Shown one piece after another: positions 23,880 through 35,181 of a stretch of 64,000 nucleotides of DNA. The notes below the pieces were generated by a model, which had not been told where the DNA came from, made no database searches, and saw nothing but the letters and a program-made list of their open reading frames with translations. Source of the DNA: Bryobacterales bacterium (GTDB lineage: Bacteria; Acidobacteriota; Terriglobia; Bryobacterales; UBA6623). The stretch covers positions 64,001-128,000 of the forward strand of contig OY729428.2 of the NCBI GenBank assembly GCA_963422375.2. Direction: 5' to 3'. How positions within the stretch are numbered: the stretch's first letter is position 1; every line of letters begins with the position of its first letter. A program made the translations under genes and the position numbers.

Positions 23880-24445
23880 AATGTATTTGCTGACAGAGTG
23901 CTTCGCTGATTCGTGCTTGACCGGAACTATATCGTGCGTATTCGCCTCGTCCGCGCAGACCGGCGCTTACAGGTCTGCGCGGTCCCTCACGAATCCCCAA
24001 GATTTCCTCGTCCGTGGATTGCAGAGCTCTGGCTGCCGCTCGGCTCCTGTCACGTCCCTCAGCACTAACAACTGCATTCTTTACCGCAGACATCACTGGA
24101 GGAGGCCGCCCGCAGACTCATGGAACCGGTCGAGAGCCACTAGATCTCCAAACCCTGTCGCGAGCCCAGACTGGATCCTCTCGAACACGATACCGAATAA
24201 ACCCCCAATCCATTAGGTCCAAGGCGAGCAAAACCCAAGGTGCATGGACCGGCTCTGGATCGTGGATGCTATGAATTGAACGACTAGAGCGAGTTTGCGT
24301 CGTGCGAGAACATGGTCTCAAGGCCAGATTCGCGCACGGTCTGGCTCAAGGTTGATGATTGCACAGCTCGAATGGCTCGTTGCCACATCAGTGAAAAAGT
24401 CAGCTTGCGCTATGGAATCCGGTCCAAGCGTGTGGCGTTCGTGGC

Positions 24446-25297
24446 TCACTCGCTCGGGTCGCCCGGCTGCGGGAACCTTGGCGGAGGCGGCACGAGTCCG
24501 TTCGGGTCGAACAGCCTTCCGGGCAGGTAGTCGCGCACGCGGGGGCCGGCAATCGACCGTATCTTGATGTTGCGATACCACACGGGGTGATTGTGATGCG
24601 TCAACGCGATGTGGCCGGGGCCCTTGAATCCGAATCCGGGCACCCGCTTGAACTTCGTCCGCTCGACCCGCGCCAGGAAGTCCGGGGAGTTGAACTCGTA
24701 CTCGAGTATCTTCTCGCCGTTGAGCCAGTGCTCGCCGTGCCTTCCGCGAACCACGATCCTAGACGTGTTCCACTCGCCGGCGGGACGCACCGTCTTGCTC
24801 TCGGTGGGCTTGTACAGCAGGTAGAGCGAGCCGCAGCTCGAATACTCCCATCCCTGCCTGCGACGGTTGAGCACCTCGTCGTCGAGCAGCTGGTACTCGG
24901 GACCGGTGGCCCGCAGCATCGACAGGCGCTTCGCGTCGCGGCTCAGGTGCGGCCGGTAGCCCGGGCTGGCCCAAGCCTTTTGCACCAAGTACTTCACGCC
25001 GCTGTTGCCGCCCTTGACCAGCTTCCAGTCAAACCTCAGCTCGAAGTTCTCGAATTCGCTGACGCTGACCAGATCGCCGCCGCTGCGGTCCGCCAAGGTG
25101 CGGATCGTGCCGTCCTCGATGGACCACGACGTCGACGGGAACGGCGTGTTCTGGAAGCCAGCCCAGCCCGCCGAGCTCGCGCCGTCGAACAGCAGCTGCC
25201 AGCCCTCGAGCTTCTCAGCCTCCGACAGGCGGTTGTGCGACGGCTCGGCCCCAAGCGGCCCGAGCGCTAGCAGGAATACCGGCAGCAGACGTAGCAT
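24446..25297 (-). CDS. DUF1080 (3-keto-disaccharide hydrolase-like) secreted protein
   Basis: Signal peptide, GWQLLFDG, NFELRFDWK, GNSGVKY, EYQLLD, GEWN, WYRNIKIR. Confidence 0.9.
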   Translation of the reverse strand: MLRLLPVFLLALGPLGAEPSHNRLSEAEKLEGWQLLFDGASSAGWAGFQNTPFPSTSWSIEDGTIRTLADRSGGDLVSVSEFENFELRFDWKLVKGGNSGVKYLVQKAWASPGYRPHLSRDAKRLSMLRATGPEYQLLDDEVLNRRRQGWEYSSCGSLYLLYKPTESKTVRPAGEWNTSRIVVRGRHGEHWLNGEKILEYEFNSPDFLARVERTKFKRVPGFGFKGPGHIALTHHNHPVWYRNIKIRSIAGPRVRDYLPGRLFDPNGLVPPPPRFPQPGDPSE

Positions 25298-25362
25298 CTC
25301 TCTCTCGCACTACAGCATAGCCGATCGGCGGGGCGGGTGCGCCTCGCAGAGTGGCCCGCGAC

Positions 25363-28300
25363 CTACCTGAGGAACAGGAACTCGGCCGTGTTGAATAGCG
25401 CGTGGGCGAGGTCGGACCAGACGGCCGGGTGGTCCGAGCCCGCGGCTCCGCGGATCCGGGCCTGGCTCGCTAGGAACCGCTCGACATCGGCGATCTCGCC
25501 CGCCAGCGGCTCCCGGCCGAAGGCTTCCACGTACATCCGGCGAATGCGGTCGCGCGGCGCCTGCCCGGCTTGCGCCAGCCGACCCGCCCACAGGGCCGCC
25601 TGGCCGTTTACGAACTCGTTGTTGAGCATCAGCAGCGCCTGGGAAGACACCGCCGAGACGCCGCGGCGCCCCGCCGTGGAGATCGGCAGCGGATAGTCGA
25701 AGGCGAGGAACATCGGCGGCAGGAAGTTCCGCCTTACTTGCAGGTACACGCTCCGGCGGCCGGCCCCGTCCAGCGGGCCCGACTGCGGCTTGCCCCGGCC
25801 GGCTTGGTAGACACTGACGTGCGGCGGCACGCCCGGCCCGCCCACCGTGCGGTCCATGGTGCCGGCCACTGCCAGGACCGAGTCGCGAACGGCTTCCGCC
25901 TCCAGCCTGCGGACGGGGAAATGGGACAGCAGCCGGTTGGCCGGATCCCTCTGCCGCGCCGCGTCCGAGGCCGCGCTGCTGGCGCGGTAGGCGCTTGAGA
26001 GCACGATCTCCCGGTGCAGGTCCTTCAGCGACCAGCTCGAGTCCATGAAGCGCCGGGCCAGGTAGTCGAGCAGGGCGGGATGAGAGGGCTCCTCGCCCAT
26101 GCGCCCGAAGTCGTCCGGGCTCGCCACGATGCCGCGGCCAAAGTGGTGGTGCCAGACGCGGTTGGCCATGACCCGCGCGGTTAGCGGGTTCGTCTCGCTC
26201 GCGACGTGCTCGGCGAGGCGCAGGCGCCCGGAGCCCTCCGCGACGGGAGCCTGGTCCGAACCGGCGATCACCTGGAGGAACCCGCGAGGCGCGATGTCCC
26301 CGGGGTTCTCGTGATTTCCGCGGAGGTGGATAGCGGAATCCCGCGGCATCCAGTCGCGGCTCGACATGGCGAACGCGGAAGGCGGGACGGCCGCTTCCAG
26401 CTCGGCCCGGCGGGCGGCCAGCTGCGCGAGGCGGTCCGTTTCCGCGGGCTCCAGCAGACCGCCCGCGTCCTCCGGCTTGCGGTGCCCCAGAATCCCGGCC
26501 AGCAGGGCATCCTCGGACGGATCGCGGCTCCGCGCGGCCGCCAGCTCCGCCGCCAGGCCGGCGTAGGCTTCTGCGAGGCCGGCGAGGGTGCCGACCGAGG
26601 CGTCCTCCAGCAGGTCCAGCACGCGCGGGTGGACGGGCCCCGCGATCGGCGGAGGCTTCCTATGAGACGAGAAGACGATCCGGTCCACGACGATCGCGCC
26701 GCCCCGGTCGCGGTCGACGATCTCGAGGGAGCAGATGCGGCCACGCTCCTTGGTCATGGCGATCGTGTGCCATTGCAGCCGCCCGCCGCCGTCGGGCATC
26801 GCGTGGCCGGACTTGTGCTCGTCGGCGACGACCGTGAACCGAGCCGGGGCGTTCTCCCGCAGGGCGCGCGGGTACTCCGGTCCGGCCAGGCGGACGTGGA
26901 CGTACCGCGCAGGCATGCGGAACTTCTCGGTCATGAGCGCGCCGACCAGCGCGTCGGATCCGGGGCCGAAGGAAGCCGCGAGCGCCTGCCCGCCGTAGCC
27001 GCCCAGATCCTGGCCGGGAGGCACCGACCGAGCCGGGCCGGGCCCGAAGGCCGCCCCGGTAGCGATCCACCGGTCGAAGCCGGCCTCGAAGTCCTCGTAG
27101 ACCGTGTCGCCGCGCTGCTTCCAGAGCGCGTGCCCGGGGTCGGCCTTGGCGGCCCAGTCCGCCATCTCCCCTCTCAGGCGAGCCATCCACTCCGAGAACG
27201 CGGGGGCGTCCGGTTTCGCCCGCTCCGCCGCGGTCCGCGCGAACGGGTGCAGCCCGTGGCTCGGCTCGCCCAGCGCGTACTGCAGCTCCGCTCCGAGCGG
27301 CGACGGCTCCTCGGCCCCGATCTCCGCGGCCGCGGCGACGAGACTGCCCGCGAGCGCCGCGGCGGCGCGCGCCCGCGCCGGACGGAGCAGCGCGTCGATC
27401 TCGCGGTTGACCGAGCCGACCGAGGCGGCAGCCTCCCGGATCTGGCGGGCCCGCTCTGGCGAGTCGATGCAGGTCTCGCTCATGTGCGTGGACTGCAGGA
27501 TGCCGAACAGGGAGTAGTAGTCGGCGGTCGGAATCGGGTCGAACTTGTGGTCGTGGCAGCGGGCGCACGCCACCGTCAGGCCTTGGGTGGCCTTCGCCAG
27601 CACGTCGATCTGGTTGTCGATCTGGTCGGCCCGGGCCTTGTCCGAATCGGTCGGGGAGTTCAGAACCTCCCAAAGCCAGTACATGCCCGAGGCGACCGGC
27701 GTGACGTAGTGCGATCCGTCGGCGGAGAGACGCGGAGGGAGCAGGTCGCCGGCAATCTGCTCGCGGAGGAACCTGGCGTAGGGCAGGTCGGTGTTGAACG
27801 ACTCGATGACGTAGTCGCGGTAGCGCCACGCGTCGAGCTTGTTGTTGTCGAACTCGTGCCCGTTCGTCTCGGCCCAGCGCACGAGGTCCAGCCAGTGGCG
27901 CGCCCAGCGCTCGCCGTAGTGCGGCGAGCCGAGCAGCCGCTCGACCACCCGCCCGTACGCGCCCGGGGCCTCGTCCGCGGCGAAGGCCGCAATCTCGGCG
28001 GGCGTCGGCGGCAGGCCCGTCAGGTCGAACGTCACCCGGCGCAGCAGCGTCAGGCGGTCGGCCTCCCCGGCCGGCTCGAGACCCTCCGCCTCCATGGCCG
28101 CGAGGACGAAGCGGTCCGCGCCAGTACGGGGCCACGCCTCGCGCGCGACGCCGGGAGGCGCCGGGTCGCCTACCGGGCGGAAGCTCCAGAACTGCCGCCC
28201 CTCGGCCAGGTCGATCCCTCGTGCGTCGCCGGCATCCGGACCGGTCTCGGAGCGCGGGTCGGGAGCGCCAAGGCCGATCCAAGTCTCGATGTGCCCGATC

Positions 28301-28617
28301 TCCTGGTCCGAGAGCCTCCCGGTCGGCGGCATGCGCAAGCCGAGCGACGCGTACGAGACCGCCTTCAGCATTAGGCTGGCGCTGGGATCGCCCGGCACGA
28401 CGGCGGCGCCGCGACTCCCCCCGCGCAAGAGAGCTTCCTTGGTGTCGAGCCTGAGTTGCCCCTGCGCCATCGTGGCGGCGCTGTGACAGGCGTAGCACTT
28501 CTCCGCCAGCAGCGGCCGGACATGCCGCTCGAAGTACTCGTAGTCGGGGGCCTGTCCTAGCGACACCAGCGGCGCCAGCAAGATGACTGCGAATCGCAGC
28601 GGCCCTTGTCGATGCAT
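25363..28617 (-). CDS. Planctomycete cytochrome c domain protein with DUF1549 and DUF1553 (PSD1)
   Basis: CYACH and CARCH haem motifs, RRVTFDLTGLPPT, YGERWARHWLD, NPLTARVMANRVW, RRLEAEAVRD. Confidence 0.93.
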   Translation of the reverse strand: MHRQGPLRFAVILLAPLVSLGQAPDYEYFERHVRPLLAEKCYACHSAATMAQGQLRLDTKEALLRGGSRGAAVVPGDPSASLMLKAVSYASLGLRMPPTGRLSDQEIGHIETWIGLGAPDPRSETGPDAGDARGIDLAEGRQFWSFRPVGDPAPPGVAREAWPRTGADRFVLAAMEAEGLEPAGEADRLTLLRRVTFDLTGLPPTPAEIAAFAADEAPGAYGRVVERLLGSPHYGERWARHWLDLVRWAETNGHEFDNNKLDAWRYRDYVIESFNTDLPYARFLREQIAGDLLPPRLSADGSHYVTPVASGMYWLWEVLNSPTDSDKARADQIDNQIDVLAKATQGLTVACARCHDHKFDPIPTADYYSLFGILQSTHMSETCIDSPERARQIREAAASVGSVNREIDALLRPARARAAAALAGSLVAAAAEIGAEEPSPLGAELQYALGEPSHGLHPFARTAAERAKPDAPAFSEWMARLRGEMADWAAKADPGHALWKQRGDTVYEDFEAGFDRWIATGAAFGPGPARSVPPGQDLGGYGGQALAASFGPGSDALVGALMTEKFRMPARYVHVRLAGPEYPRALRENAPARFTVVADEHKSGHAMPDGGGRLQWHTIAMTKERGRICSLEIVDRDRGGAIVVDRIVFSSHRKPPPIAGPVHPRVLDLLEDASVGTLAGLAEAYAGLAAELAAARSRDPSEDALLAGILGHRKPEDAGGLLEPAETDRLAQLAARRAELEAAVPPSAFAMSSRDWMPRDSAIHLRGNHENPGDIAPRGFLQVIAGSDQAPVAEGSGRLRLAEHVASETNPLTARVMANRVWHHHFGRGIVASPDDFGRMGEEPSHPALLDYLARRFMDSSWSLKDLHREIVLSSAYRASSAASDAARQRDPANRLLSHFPVRRLEAEAVRDSVLAVAGTMDRTVGGPGVPPHVSVYQAGRGKPQSGPLDGAGRRSVYLQVRRNFLPPMFLAFDYPLPISTAGRRGVSAVSSQALLMLNNEFVNGQAALWAGRLAQAGQAPRDRIRRMYVEAFGREPLAGEIADVERFLASQARIRGAAGSDHPAVWSDLAHALFNTAEFLFLR

Positions 28618-28700
28618 GCACCAATCCCCAGTGCCATGATACTGCCACCGTGCGCGCTGCGGCCGCCGAGGGCACCGGAGCGGTTCTGTACCATTGGGCG

Positions 28701-29240
28701 ATGCCTGCCTCCGGACCGACGCTGCTCGCGGTCGCGCTCGCGCTGCCCGCCCTGGCCCAGGAAACCGGCACGATGCCGCACTGGGAGGTGGAGGAACTGT
28801 CCCGTGATGTCATCGGGAACCTCGAGACGGCGAGCAGGGTCGTGACGGAGCTGCAGCCCGCCGACTGGGTGCGCGACGGTGCGCCCGCGGACTACGTCGA
28901 CCAGCGCGCGACGCTGCTGGAGGAGATGGAGCATGCCAGGCTGTCGGCCCTCGCCCTCGGTCGAGAGCCCGAGTCGATCACGTACGCGGTCGACGCATTC
29001 CTCTGGCTCGACCGCGTCGACGCGCTCCTGGCCTCGGTCACGGCCGGCGCGCGACGCTACTACAACAGCGCCGTTGCGGACCTCCTTGACTCGGTGCGGA
29101 ACCGCAACCGGGACGGCATCGCGACTGTCCGGGGCTACATGCGCGATTTGGCGGTCTACGTGGAAGCGGAACTGGGGGTCACGCATCAGGAGGCCCAGCG
29201 CTGCCGGGCACAGGTCGCGGCGCAGCCGCTAGGGCGCTGA
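28701..29240 (+). CDS. Secreted helical hypothetical protein
   Basis: Signal peptide LLAVALALPALAQE, host-like codon usage, fills the gap between flanking genes. Confidence 0.7.
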   Translation: MPASGPTLLAVALALPALAQETGTMPHWEVEELSRDVIGNLETASRVVTELQPADWVRDGAPADYVDQRATLLEEMEHARLSALALGREPESITYAVDAFLWLDRVDALLASVTAGARRYYNSAVADLLDSVRNRNRDGIATVRGYMRDLAVYVEAELGVTHQEAQRCRAQVAAQPLGR

Positions 29241-29256
29241 GACCGGGGCAGCAGCC

Positions 29257-30285
29257 CTAGAAGACGCCGTCGCGGGCCTCGAATCGGGTCGGCTTGCCCA
29301 GCCCGGGGCCGCCTGCGAGCATCCAGCGCGCCACGCGCTCGATCATCCGGTCGATTCCCATCAGGGGCGGGCCGAAAAGAGATCGGCAAGCCGACGCGTC
29401 GCTGAGCAGCGCTGTGGGCTCCTCCGCTCCAATGAACTCCGGCCGGATCCCGAAGATCCGTCCGAAGCGCTCCGCGATCCCGCGGACGCTCAGCCGATCG
29501 GCGCCGGTCACGTTCAGCACGCAGGGCGGCGAGGCGCAATGCTCGAGCAGGCGCAGCGCGATCGAGTTGGCGTCGCGCTGCCAGATCACGTTAACGTAAC
29601 CCATGGCCAGGTCGACCGGCCGTCGCGCGCGCACGCTTTCGGCTACGTCCCGGAGCACGCCGTAGCGCGGCTCGACCGCGTAATTCAGGCGCATGATCGC
29701 CGCGGGAGTGCCGCTGGAGGCGCTGAAGTACTCGAACAGGCGCTCGCGGGCGAGAACGGATTGGGCGTACTCCCCCACCGGGGCGGGCGCGGCGGCCTCG
29801 CTCGGGCCGGGGCCGGCCGCGTCGGCTAGAGGATATACGTTGCCGCTCGAGAACACCACGATCCGCGCCCGCGGGAAGCGCTCGGCCACCAGCGCGGGCA
29901 GGTAGGCGTTGGCAGCCCAGGTCCGGCTCGGCGCGCCGCTGGTGCCGAATTTCTGGCCCGCCATGAAAACGACGTTGGGGGCCTCGGGAAGCTCCTCGAT
30001 CTCCCGCCGGCGCAGCAGGTCCGCCCTCACGGTTGCGACGCCGCGCGACTCGAGCCGGGCGCGGAGACCCGGCTCGCCAAATCGCGCCACGGCGGTGACG
30101 CGCTTGGAAGCCCCGGCCAAGCGCGCGGCCCGGTCGGCCAAGATGGCCAAGGTCGGCCCCATCTTGCCGCCCGCTCCGAGCACCAGGATGTCGCCCTCGA
30201 GACGACCCATCAAGGCCGCGTCGGCGTCCGACGGGCGCGAGAGCTCGAACTCGAGCTCCGCGACGTCCGGGCCGCCGACGGACAT
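29257..30285 (-). CDS. NAD-dependent epimerase/dehydratase
   Basis: LGAGGKMG Rossmann motif, FSSGNVY, YAQS, RLNYA. Confidence 0.88.
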   Translation of the reverse strand: MSVGGPDVAELEFELSRPSDADAALMGRLEGDILVLGAGGKMGPTLAILADRAARLAGASKRVTAVARFGEPGLRARLESRGVATVRADLLRRREIEELPEAPNVVFMAGQKFGTSGAPSRTWAANAYLPALVAERFPRARIVVFSSGNVYPLADAAGPGPSEAAAPAPVGEYAQSVLARERLFEYFSASSGTPAAIMRLNYAVEPRYGVLRDVAESVRARRPVDLAMGYVNVIWQRDANSIALRLLEHCASPPCVLNVTGADRLSVRGIAERFGRIFGIRPEFIGAEEPTALLSDASACRSLFGPPLMGIDRMIERVARWMLAGGPGLGKPTRFEARDGVF

Positions 30286-30288
30286 GCG

Positions 30289-31062
30289 CTACGCGACGGC
30301 CAGCTCGTCCGGAAAGAGGGCCACCCCGTCCGGAGGAGGCAGCAGCTTGCGGAGCATCTCGAGCCTGTCCCGGATCAGCTTGCTGGGCAGCTGCTTGGGA
30401 CCGCCGATCACGTCCACGTCGCAGCAAAGGCCGTGCAGGTACAGCGTCAGCGTCTCCACGAGCGATTCCCGCAGGTACTCCGCCAGCAACTCGGCCCGCT
30501 TCGGCCCGTCGCCCTTGTAGCCCAGCAGTTCCTTCTTGAGCTCCCATATAGGCTCGTACAGCTCGCCGCGCACGCCGCTACCCAGTTCCCGGTCCACGAT
30601 CTCGCTGAACGGCTGCATGAACTCGCTGCCCGTGCTGTCGACGATCTTCTCGGCCAGCGCCTTGTACAGGACAATGTGCGCATCGAACAGGCCCTCGTCG
30701 CGGACGGCCAGAAACAGATAGGTCTTAGCGCCGTCGTCCTTGACCGTCTGGAATGCCACGAACTTGCGCGCCTCCTCCGAGGGCTCCTTGAAAGCGATCA
30801 GGAACTTCGGGTCCCCGGCCGGGCTGGACGGGTCCGCTTCCAAGTAGGGCACCAAGATGAGGCAAAGGTTCGGGATCAGCTCGAGGAGCTTGGGGGGGAA
30901 TGCGCTGGCCGGGTCGAGCACCAAGCGCTCGCTGTCCTTCTCGTCAACCGGAGGGACCGAAAAATAGGACACGGAACCGGGGAGCGGGATCAACAGGTCA
31001 CGGCACCGGGCGATGAACTCCGCGGCGGTGAGCCGCGTCGAGTCGGTCGTGGAAGACTTCAT
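30289..31062 (-). CDS. Hypothetical protein
   Basis: 257-aa ORF with natural composition, 3 bp upstream of the epimerase; contains YLHGLCCD. Confidence 0.75.
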   Translation of the reverse strand: MKSSTTDSTRLTAAEFIARCRDLLIPLPGSVSYFSVPPVDEKDSERLVLDPASAFPPKLLELIPNLCLILVPYLEADPSSPAGDPKFLIAFKEPSEEARKFVAFQTVKDDGAKTYLFLAVRDEGLFDAHIVLYKALAEKIVDSTGSEFMQPFSEIVDRELGSGVRGELYEPIWELKKELLGYKGDGPKRAELLAEYLRESLVETLTLYLHGLCCDVDVIGGPKQLPSKLIRDRLEMLRKLLPPPDGVALFPDELAVA

Positions 31063-31171
31063 CTGCTGGGGGTAATCCTGATTTTACCAGAGCCGCCGGG
31101 GGCCGAACCGACCTCTGGTAGGCTGTTGCACTGCCTCTCTCCCGCCGAGGAGCCCCTCGCGGCAGGCTGAC

Positions 31172-32944
31172 ATGGACCTGGGCGCCCGAGACTCCGTAGA
31201 CCGACCCTCGGAGCAGATGTACGTTCCGCGGGAGGACGAGAGGCAGTTGACGCGCCGCTCGGTCGTCGCCGGGTGCCTGCTCGGCGGCATCGTCTCCTGC
31301 ATGAACATCTATATGGGGCTGAAGATCGGCTGGTCGTTCGGCGGCTCCCTGATCGCGGCGATCCTCGGATTCGGCCTCTTCATGGCGCTGGGCCGGTCGA
31401 TGACGGTACTCGAGTGCAACATCACGCAGACGTCCGGCTCGGCGGCGGGCACGATGGCCTCGGCCGCCGGCCTGCTGGCGCCCGTGCCGGCCATGGGCTT
31501 GCTCGGCTTCGAGATTCCCGTGGCCGGCCTGCTGCTGTGGGGCCTTTCGGTCGCTTATCTCGGGGTGTTCTTCGCCGTCCCGCTGCGGAGGCAGATGATC
31601 GACGTCGACCGGCTGCGCTTCCCGACCGGCACGGCGACGGCGGAGACGATCCTAGCCATGTTCGCGCAGGCCAAGGAAGCCGTGGACAAAGCGCGCGCGC
31701 TGCTGTGGGCGGGCGCGGCAGCAGGAGCGTTCACCCTCCTGACCTACTTCGTGCCACAGCTGGAAATGCCGCCGGTCGAGGCCCTCGGCGTGGCCGCGCT
31801 CGCGGCGGCTGCGGCATGGGGCTTCCAGCTCTACGTCGGCCCGATGCTGTTCGGGGCCGGGATCCTGATCGGCCCGCGCGTCAGCGCCAGCCTGGCGCTC
31901 GGCGCGGTCGTCGCGTGGGGCCTGCTAGGGCCTTGGGTGCAGGCCAGCGGCTGGGCTCCCGGGGAGGTGATGAGCTACACCGACGGGCCGAGGGGCTGGC
32001 TGCTCTGGCCGGGGGTCGCGATCATGGTGGCCGAAGCGCTCACGGCGCTGGCCCTCAGCTGGCGCACGTTCGTGCGCACCTTCCGCGCCGGCGCGACTTT
32101 CGGCGGAGCCGAGGCGGGCGGCGAGCACATCTCGACCAAGTGGTGGCGCAACGGCCTCGCCCTCGCCGCGGCCGGCACGATGGCGGTGGCGTGGTACCTG
32201 TTCGACATACCGCCGCACCTGTCGGCGCTGGCGCTCGCGCTGTCGTTCGCCCTGGCCGCAGTCGCCGTCCGCTCGACCGGCGAGACGGACATCAACCCAG
32301 TCGGCGGCATGGGCAAGGTCACGCAGCTGGTGTACGGCGGGGTCGCGCCGGGGAGCATCGGCACGAACCTGATGGCCGCGGCCATCACCGGGGCCGGGGC
32401 CTCGCAGTCGGCGGACATGATGCAGGACCTGAAGACCGGCCGGCTCCTCGGAGCGTCGCCCAAGCGGCAGTTCATCGCGCAGCTGTGGGGCATCGGCGCG
32501 GGCGTGCTCTTCTGCGTGCCGGCCTACCTGCTCGTCACGAGCGCGTACCCGCTCGGCGGCGAGCAGTTGCCGGCTCCGGCGGCCTTCTCGTGGAAGGCGA
32601 TGGCCGAACTTTTGACCGAGGGTCTCGACGCGCTGCCGCCGCATGCGGAGACCGCCGTGGCAGTCGGAGCCGCGGTCGGCATCCTGCTGCCGGTCCTGCG
32701 GCGTTTCACGGGTCTCGCGCCCTACCTCCCGAGCGGCCTCGCGCTCGGCATTGCCTTCATTGTCCAGGCATACTTCTCGCTGGTCATCTTCTTCGGCGCC
32801 CTGGCGCTGGTGGCCTGGCGCAGGCTGGGTCCCGGAAGCGCCAAGAAGCTCAGCTTCGCCGTGGCATCGGGCCTCGTGGCTGGGGAGGGGCTGTTCGGCA
32901 TACTCAAGGCGGCCATGACACTTCTCGGGGTGCCTACCCTGTAG
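31172..32944 (+). CDS. OPT family oligopeptide/metal-chelate transporter
   Basis: QLTRRS, NIYMGLKIG, NITQT, LRFPTGTATA, GETDINP, MMQDLKTG, ASGLVAGEG. Confidence 0.93.
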   Translation: MDLGARDSVDRPSEQMYVPREDERQLTRRSVVAGCLLGGIVSCMNIYMGLKIGWSFGGSLIAAILGFGLFMALGRSMTVLECNITQTSGSAAGTMASAAGLLAPVPAMGLLGFEIPVAGLLLWGLSVAYLGVFFAVPLRRQMIDVDRLRFPTGTATAETILAMFAQAKEAVDKARALLWAGAAAGAFTLLTYFVPQLEMPPVEALGVAALAAAAAWGFQLYVGPMLFGAGILIGPRVSASLALGAVVAWGLLGPWVQASGWAPGEVMSYTDGPRGWLLWPGVAIMVAEALTALALSWRTFVRTFRAGATFGGAEAGGEHISTKWWRNGLALAAAGTMAVAWYLFDIPPHLSALALALSFALAAVAVRSTGETDINPVGGMGKVTQLVYGGVAPGSIGTNLMAAAITGAGASQSADMMQDLKTGRLLGASPKRQFIAQLWGIGAGVLFCVPAYLLVTSAYPLGGEQLPAPAAFSWKAMAELLTEGLDALPPHAETAVAVGAAVGILLPVLRRFTGLAPYLPSGLALGIAFIVQAYFSLVIFFGALALVAWRRLGPGSAKKLSFAVASGLVAGEGLFGILKAAMTLLGVPTL

Positions 32945-33220
32945 GCCTTCCCGGCCTATGGAAGGCAAGTTGGCACGATGTCGGCGCGGGCAGTCGCGAC
33001 TTGGACGGCAGTCGGAAGGCCGCGGTCCCGCACGGCAGGCCTCGACGCGCCACGAGGGGCGGCGGCGCCTCGATCCGACGAGACCGGACGCCAAGCGGAC
33101 TCGTCCAAGGGAAGCATGTGCGGGCGGCGTTTCCTGCGAGGTCGCACGGCAGCCTTCCGGCAGGGCTCGCTGGCAACCTCAAGCGGCACCGCCAGGCTGC
33201 GCACTAGGCGGGAGCGGGGA

Positions 33221-33397
33221 ATGGGGAGCATTGGCTGCCTCGTGCTCATCGGGCTCTTGATCTTCGCTCCGTTCGCGACGCTGTGGGCCGTTTCCGTAAT
33301 CGGACTCACGCTGTGGGACTTGATTACCAGTCCGTTCGTGATTGTTTGCTGCTTGCTGGGGCTAGGCATCGGCTACCTGCGATCCAAGTCGCGCTAG
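33221..33397 (+). CDS. Small two-TM membrane protein (58 aa)
   Basis: MGSIGCLVLIGLLIFAPF...LLGLGIGYLRSKSR, purine-rich RBS upstream. Confidence 0.5.
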   Translation: MGSIGCLVLIGLLIFAPFATLWAVSVIGLTLWDLITSPFVIVCCLLGLGIGYLRSKSR

Positions 33398-34930
33398 CCC
33401 ACATTGTTCACGAATGCGGCGCAGGCTCATGAATCCAGTGTCTGGACCCTCGATGGCCGCCAAATCTGCTTCCGAAACGCCTGCGGGCGGGGAATGCGGG
33501 GCTTGCGGGGCGTCTCGCGAGCGGCCTGCGGGCCGCGGACACCTCCTCGGCGGCACCCGCCCGGGGGGGGGCAGGCACGGTTTCCCCCGGCGGCGCCCGG
33601 CGCCTGCCGACACTCTCCGGATGGACCCGGCCCGGCGTCATATCGGCACGGCCCCCAAGCCCCGCGCCACCACCGCCCAGGCGTCCCGGAACGGTGCCGT
33701 CCGCGGCACTCGCAGCACGATCGGCTTCGCCGTGGCCGCGACCCGCGCCCCCGGCTTCGGCAGGCCGAGGCGCAACCCGTCCACCCGGCGCTTCCGCAGC
33801 GGCGTGTCCCGTGCCTGCCAGCGCAGTTCCTGCATGATCACGCAGGCCGCCGCCGCGAGCGGCGCGCGGAACCGGTTCGCCGCGAAGCTCGAGCAGCTGG
33901 CGCGGTCCATCCGCATCCCGTGCTCGAGCTCCTTGACGCGGTTCTCCTCGTCTCCCCGCAGGCAGTGGATCCGCTCGCAGAGGCGCTGCGGGCTGCCGCC
34001 CGCGTTGGTCACCGCATAGCGCGGGTTCCACTGCGGGGCGCGCCCGGGAAACTCGCTCACGTCGGCCTTGACGATCGCCCGCCGCGCCCGCGACCGGCGG
34101 CCCGCCCGGTAGGCGAACTGCCCGTGCAGCGGGCCCGGGCCGCTGCCCGCGTCCTCCGCGCCCGGCCGGCCCCCCTGCGTGCCGGCTCCCGGCCGCGCGT
34201 ACTTCGCCCGCAACTGCTCCAGCCGGGACGGCGGGTCCCCCGCGGCCGCCGCTGCCCCGCCGCGGTCCGTGCCCGGGGTGCCGCCGGGCGCGCGCCGGGC
34301 CTCGACGGCCGCCCGCAACGGGGCCGCGCGCCGCTCCGGCACCGCGTTCTTCTGCATGCACACCACGTACTCGCAGTACTCCAGGCCCTCGCGCTCGCCA
34401 TAGGCCGGCAGCTCGTCCCCTTGGAAGCCCGCGTCCCAGCGCAGGCGCAGCGTCGCCCGCGGGAAGAATTCCCGCAGCAGCGGCAGCAAGCCCTCCGCGG
34501 CGGCGGCCGTGCCCGAGCGCGGCAGCGCCGCCACGAGATGCTGCTCGCGCTCGTTGTCGAAGCGTACCACGCCCACCAGCGGCAAGTAGCAAGGCAAGTA
34601 GCAATGCGTGTCGTAGAAGCCGTTGCACAGCGCCAGCTGCCGGCCCCCGTGCGGCGGCTTGCAGGTCCGGTCGAAGTCCGGCTCGACGATGCTCGTCTCT
34701 GGGTGCCGCTCGTGCCGGCGCCGCACGACGCAGCGGGCCGGTACCGCGGACAGCGCGCTCGGCGCGTCCGCGGTGCCGGCGTTCTCGAAGCGCGACAGGG
34801 TGGGCCGGGACGGCAGGTCGCGGCCCTGCCAGGGGTCGCGCCCGAGCGGCAGCTTGAACACGGGGTCGCCGCCGAGGCGCCCGGCGTCGTGGCAGTCCTC
34901 CTAGCCGCGGGCGAGGCCGTAGACGCGCCA
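33398..34930 (-). mobile_element. IS1380 family element, degenerate and missing its 5' end
   Basis: End CCCACATTGTTCACGAAT after CTAG; transposase remnants LPSRPTLSRFEN, NGFYDTHCYLP, RWDAGF, RGDEENRVKE; stops and frameshifts; right boundary approximate. Confidence 0.88.
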
Positions 34931-35181
34931 CGCCGCCCAGCTTCCGCTCCTGCGCGGCGATCCAGCGCAGAGCCGGCAGCACGGGCCCCAGGTCCGTTTC
35001 CTCGCGGCAGGAATCTTGCACGAGCTAAGGAACGCTGTAGTATCGAGTCATCGAACAAGAGTCGGTGCGCGAAACGCAGCGAGCAGGCTGTGTTTCGAGA
35101 GGAAACGATACCGATAGATCTCGTTCGTTCCAGCGTATGCGTGAACGTCTGATCGTGCTGCTCTAGTCCGCCATGGTGCCG

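Noticed and set aside
23880..24440. Continuation of the PHP-ATPase after the IS, or another gene
   Set aside because: No frame with ATPase motifs or convincing coding character; left unannotated.
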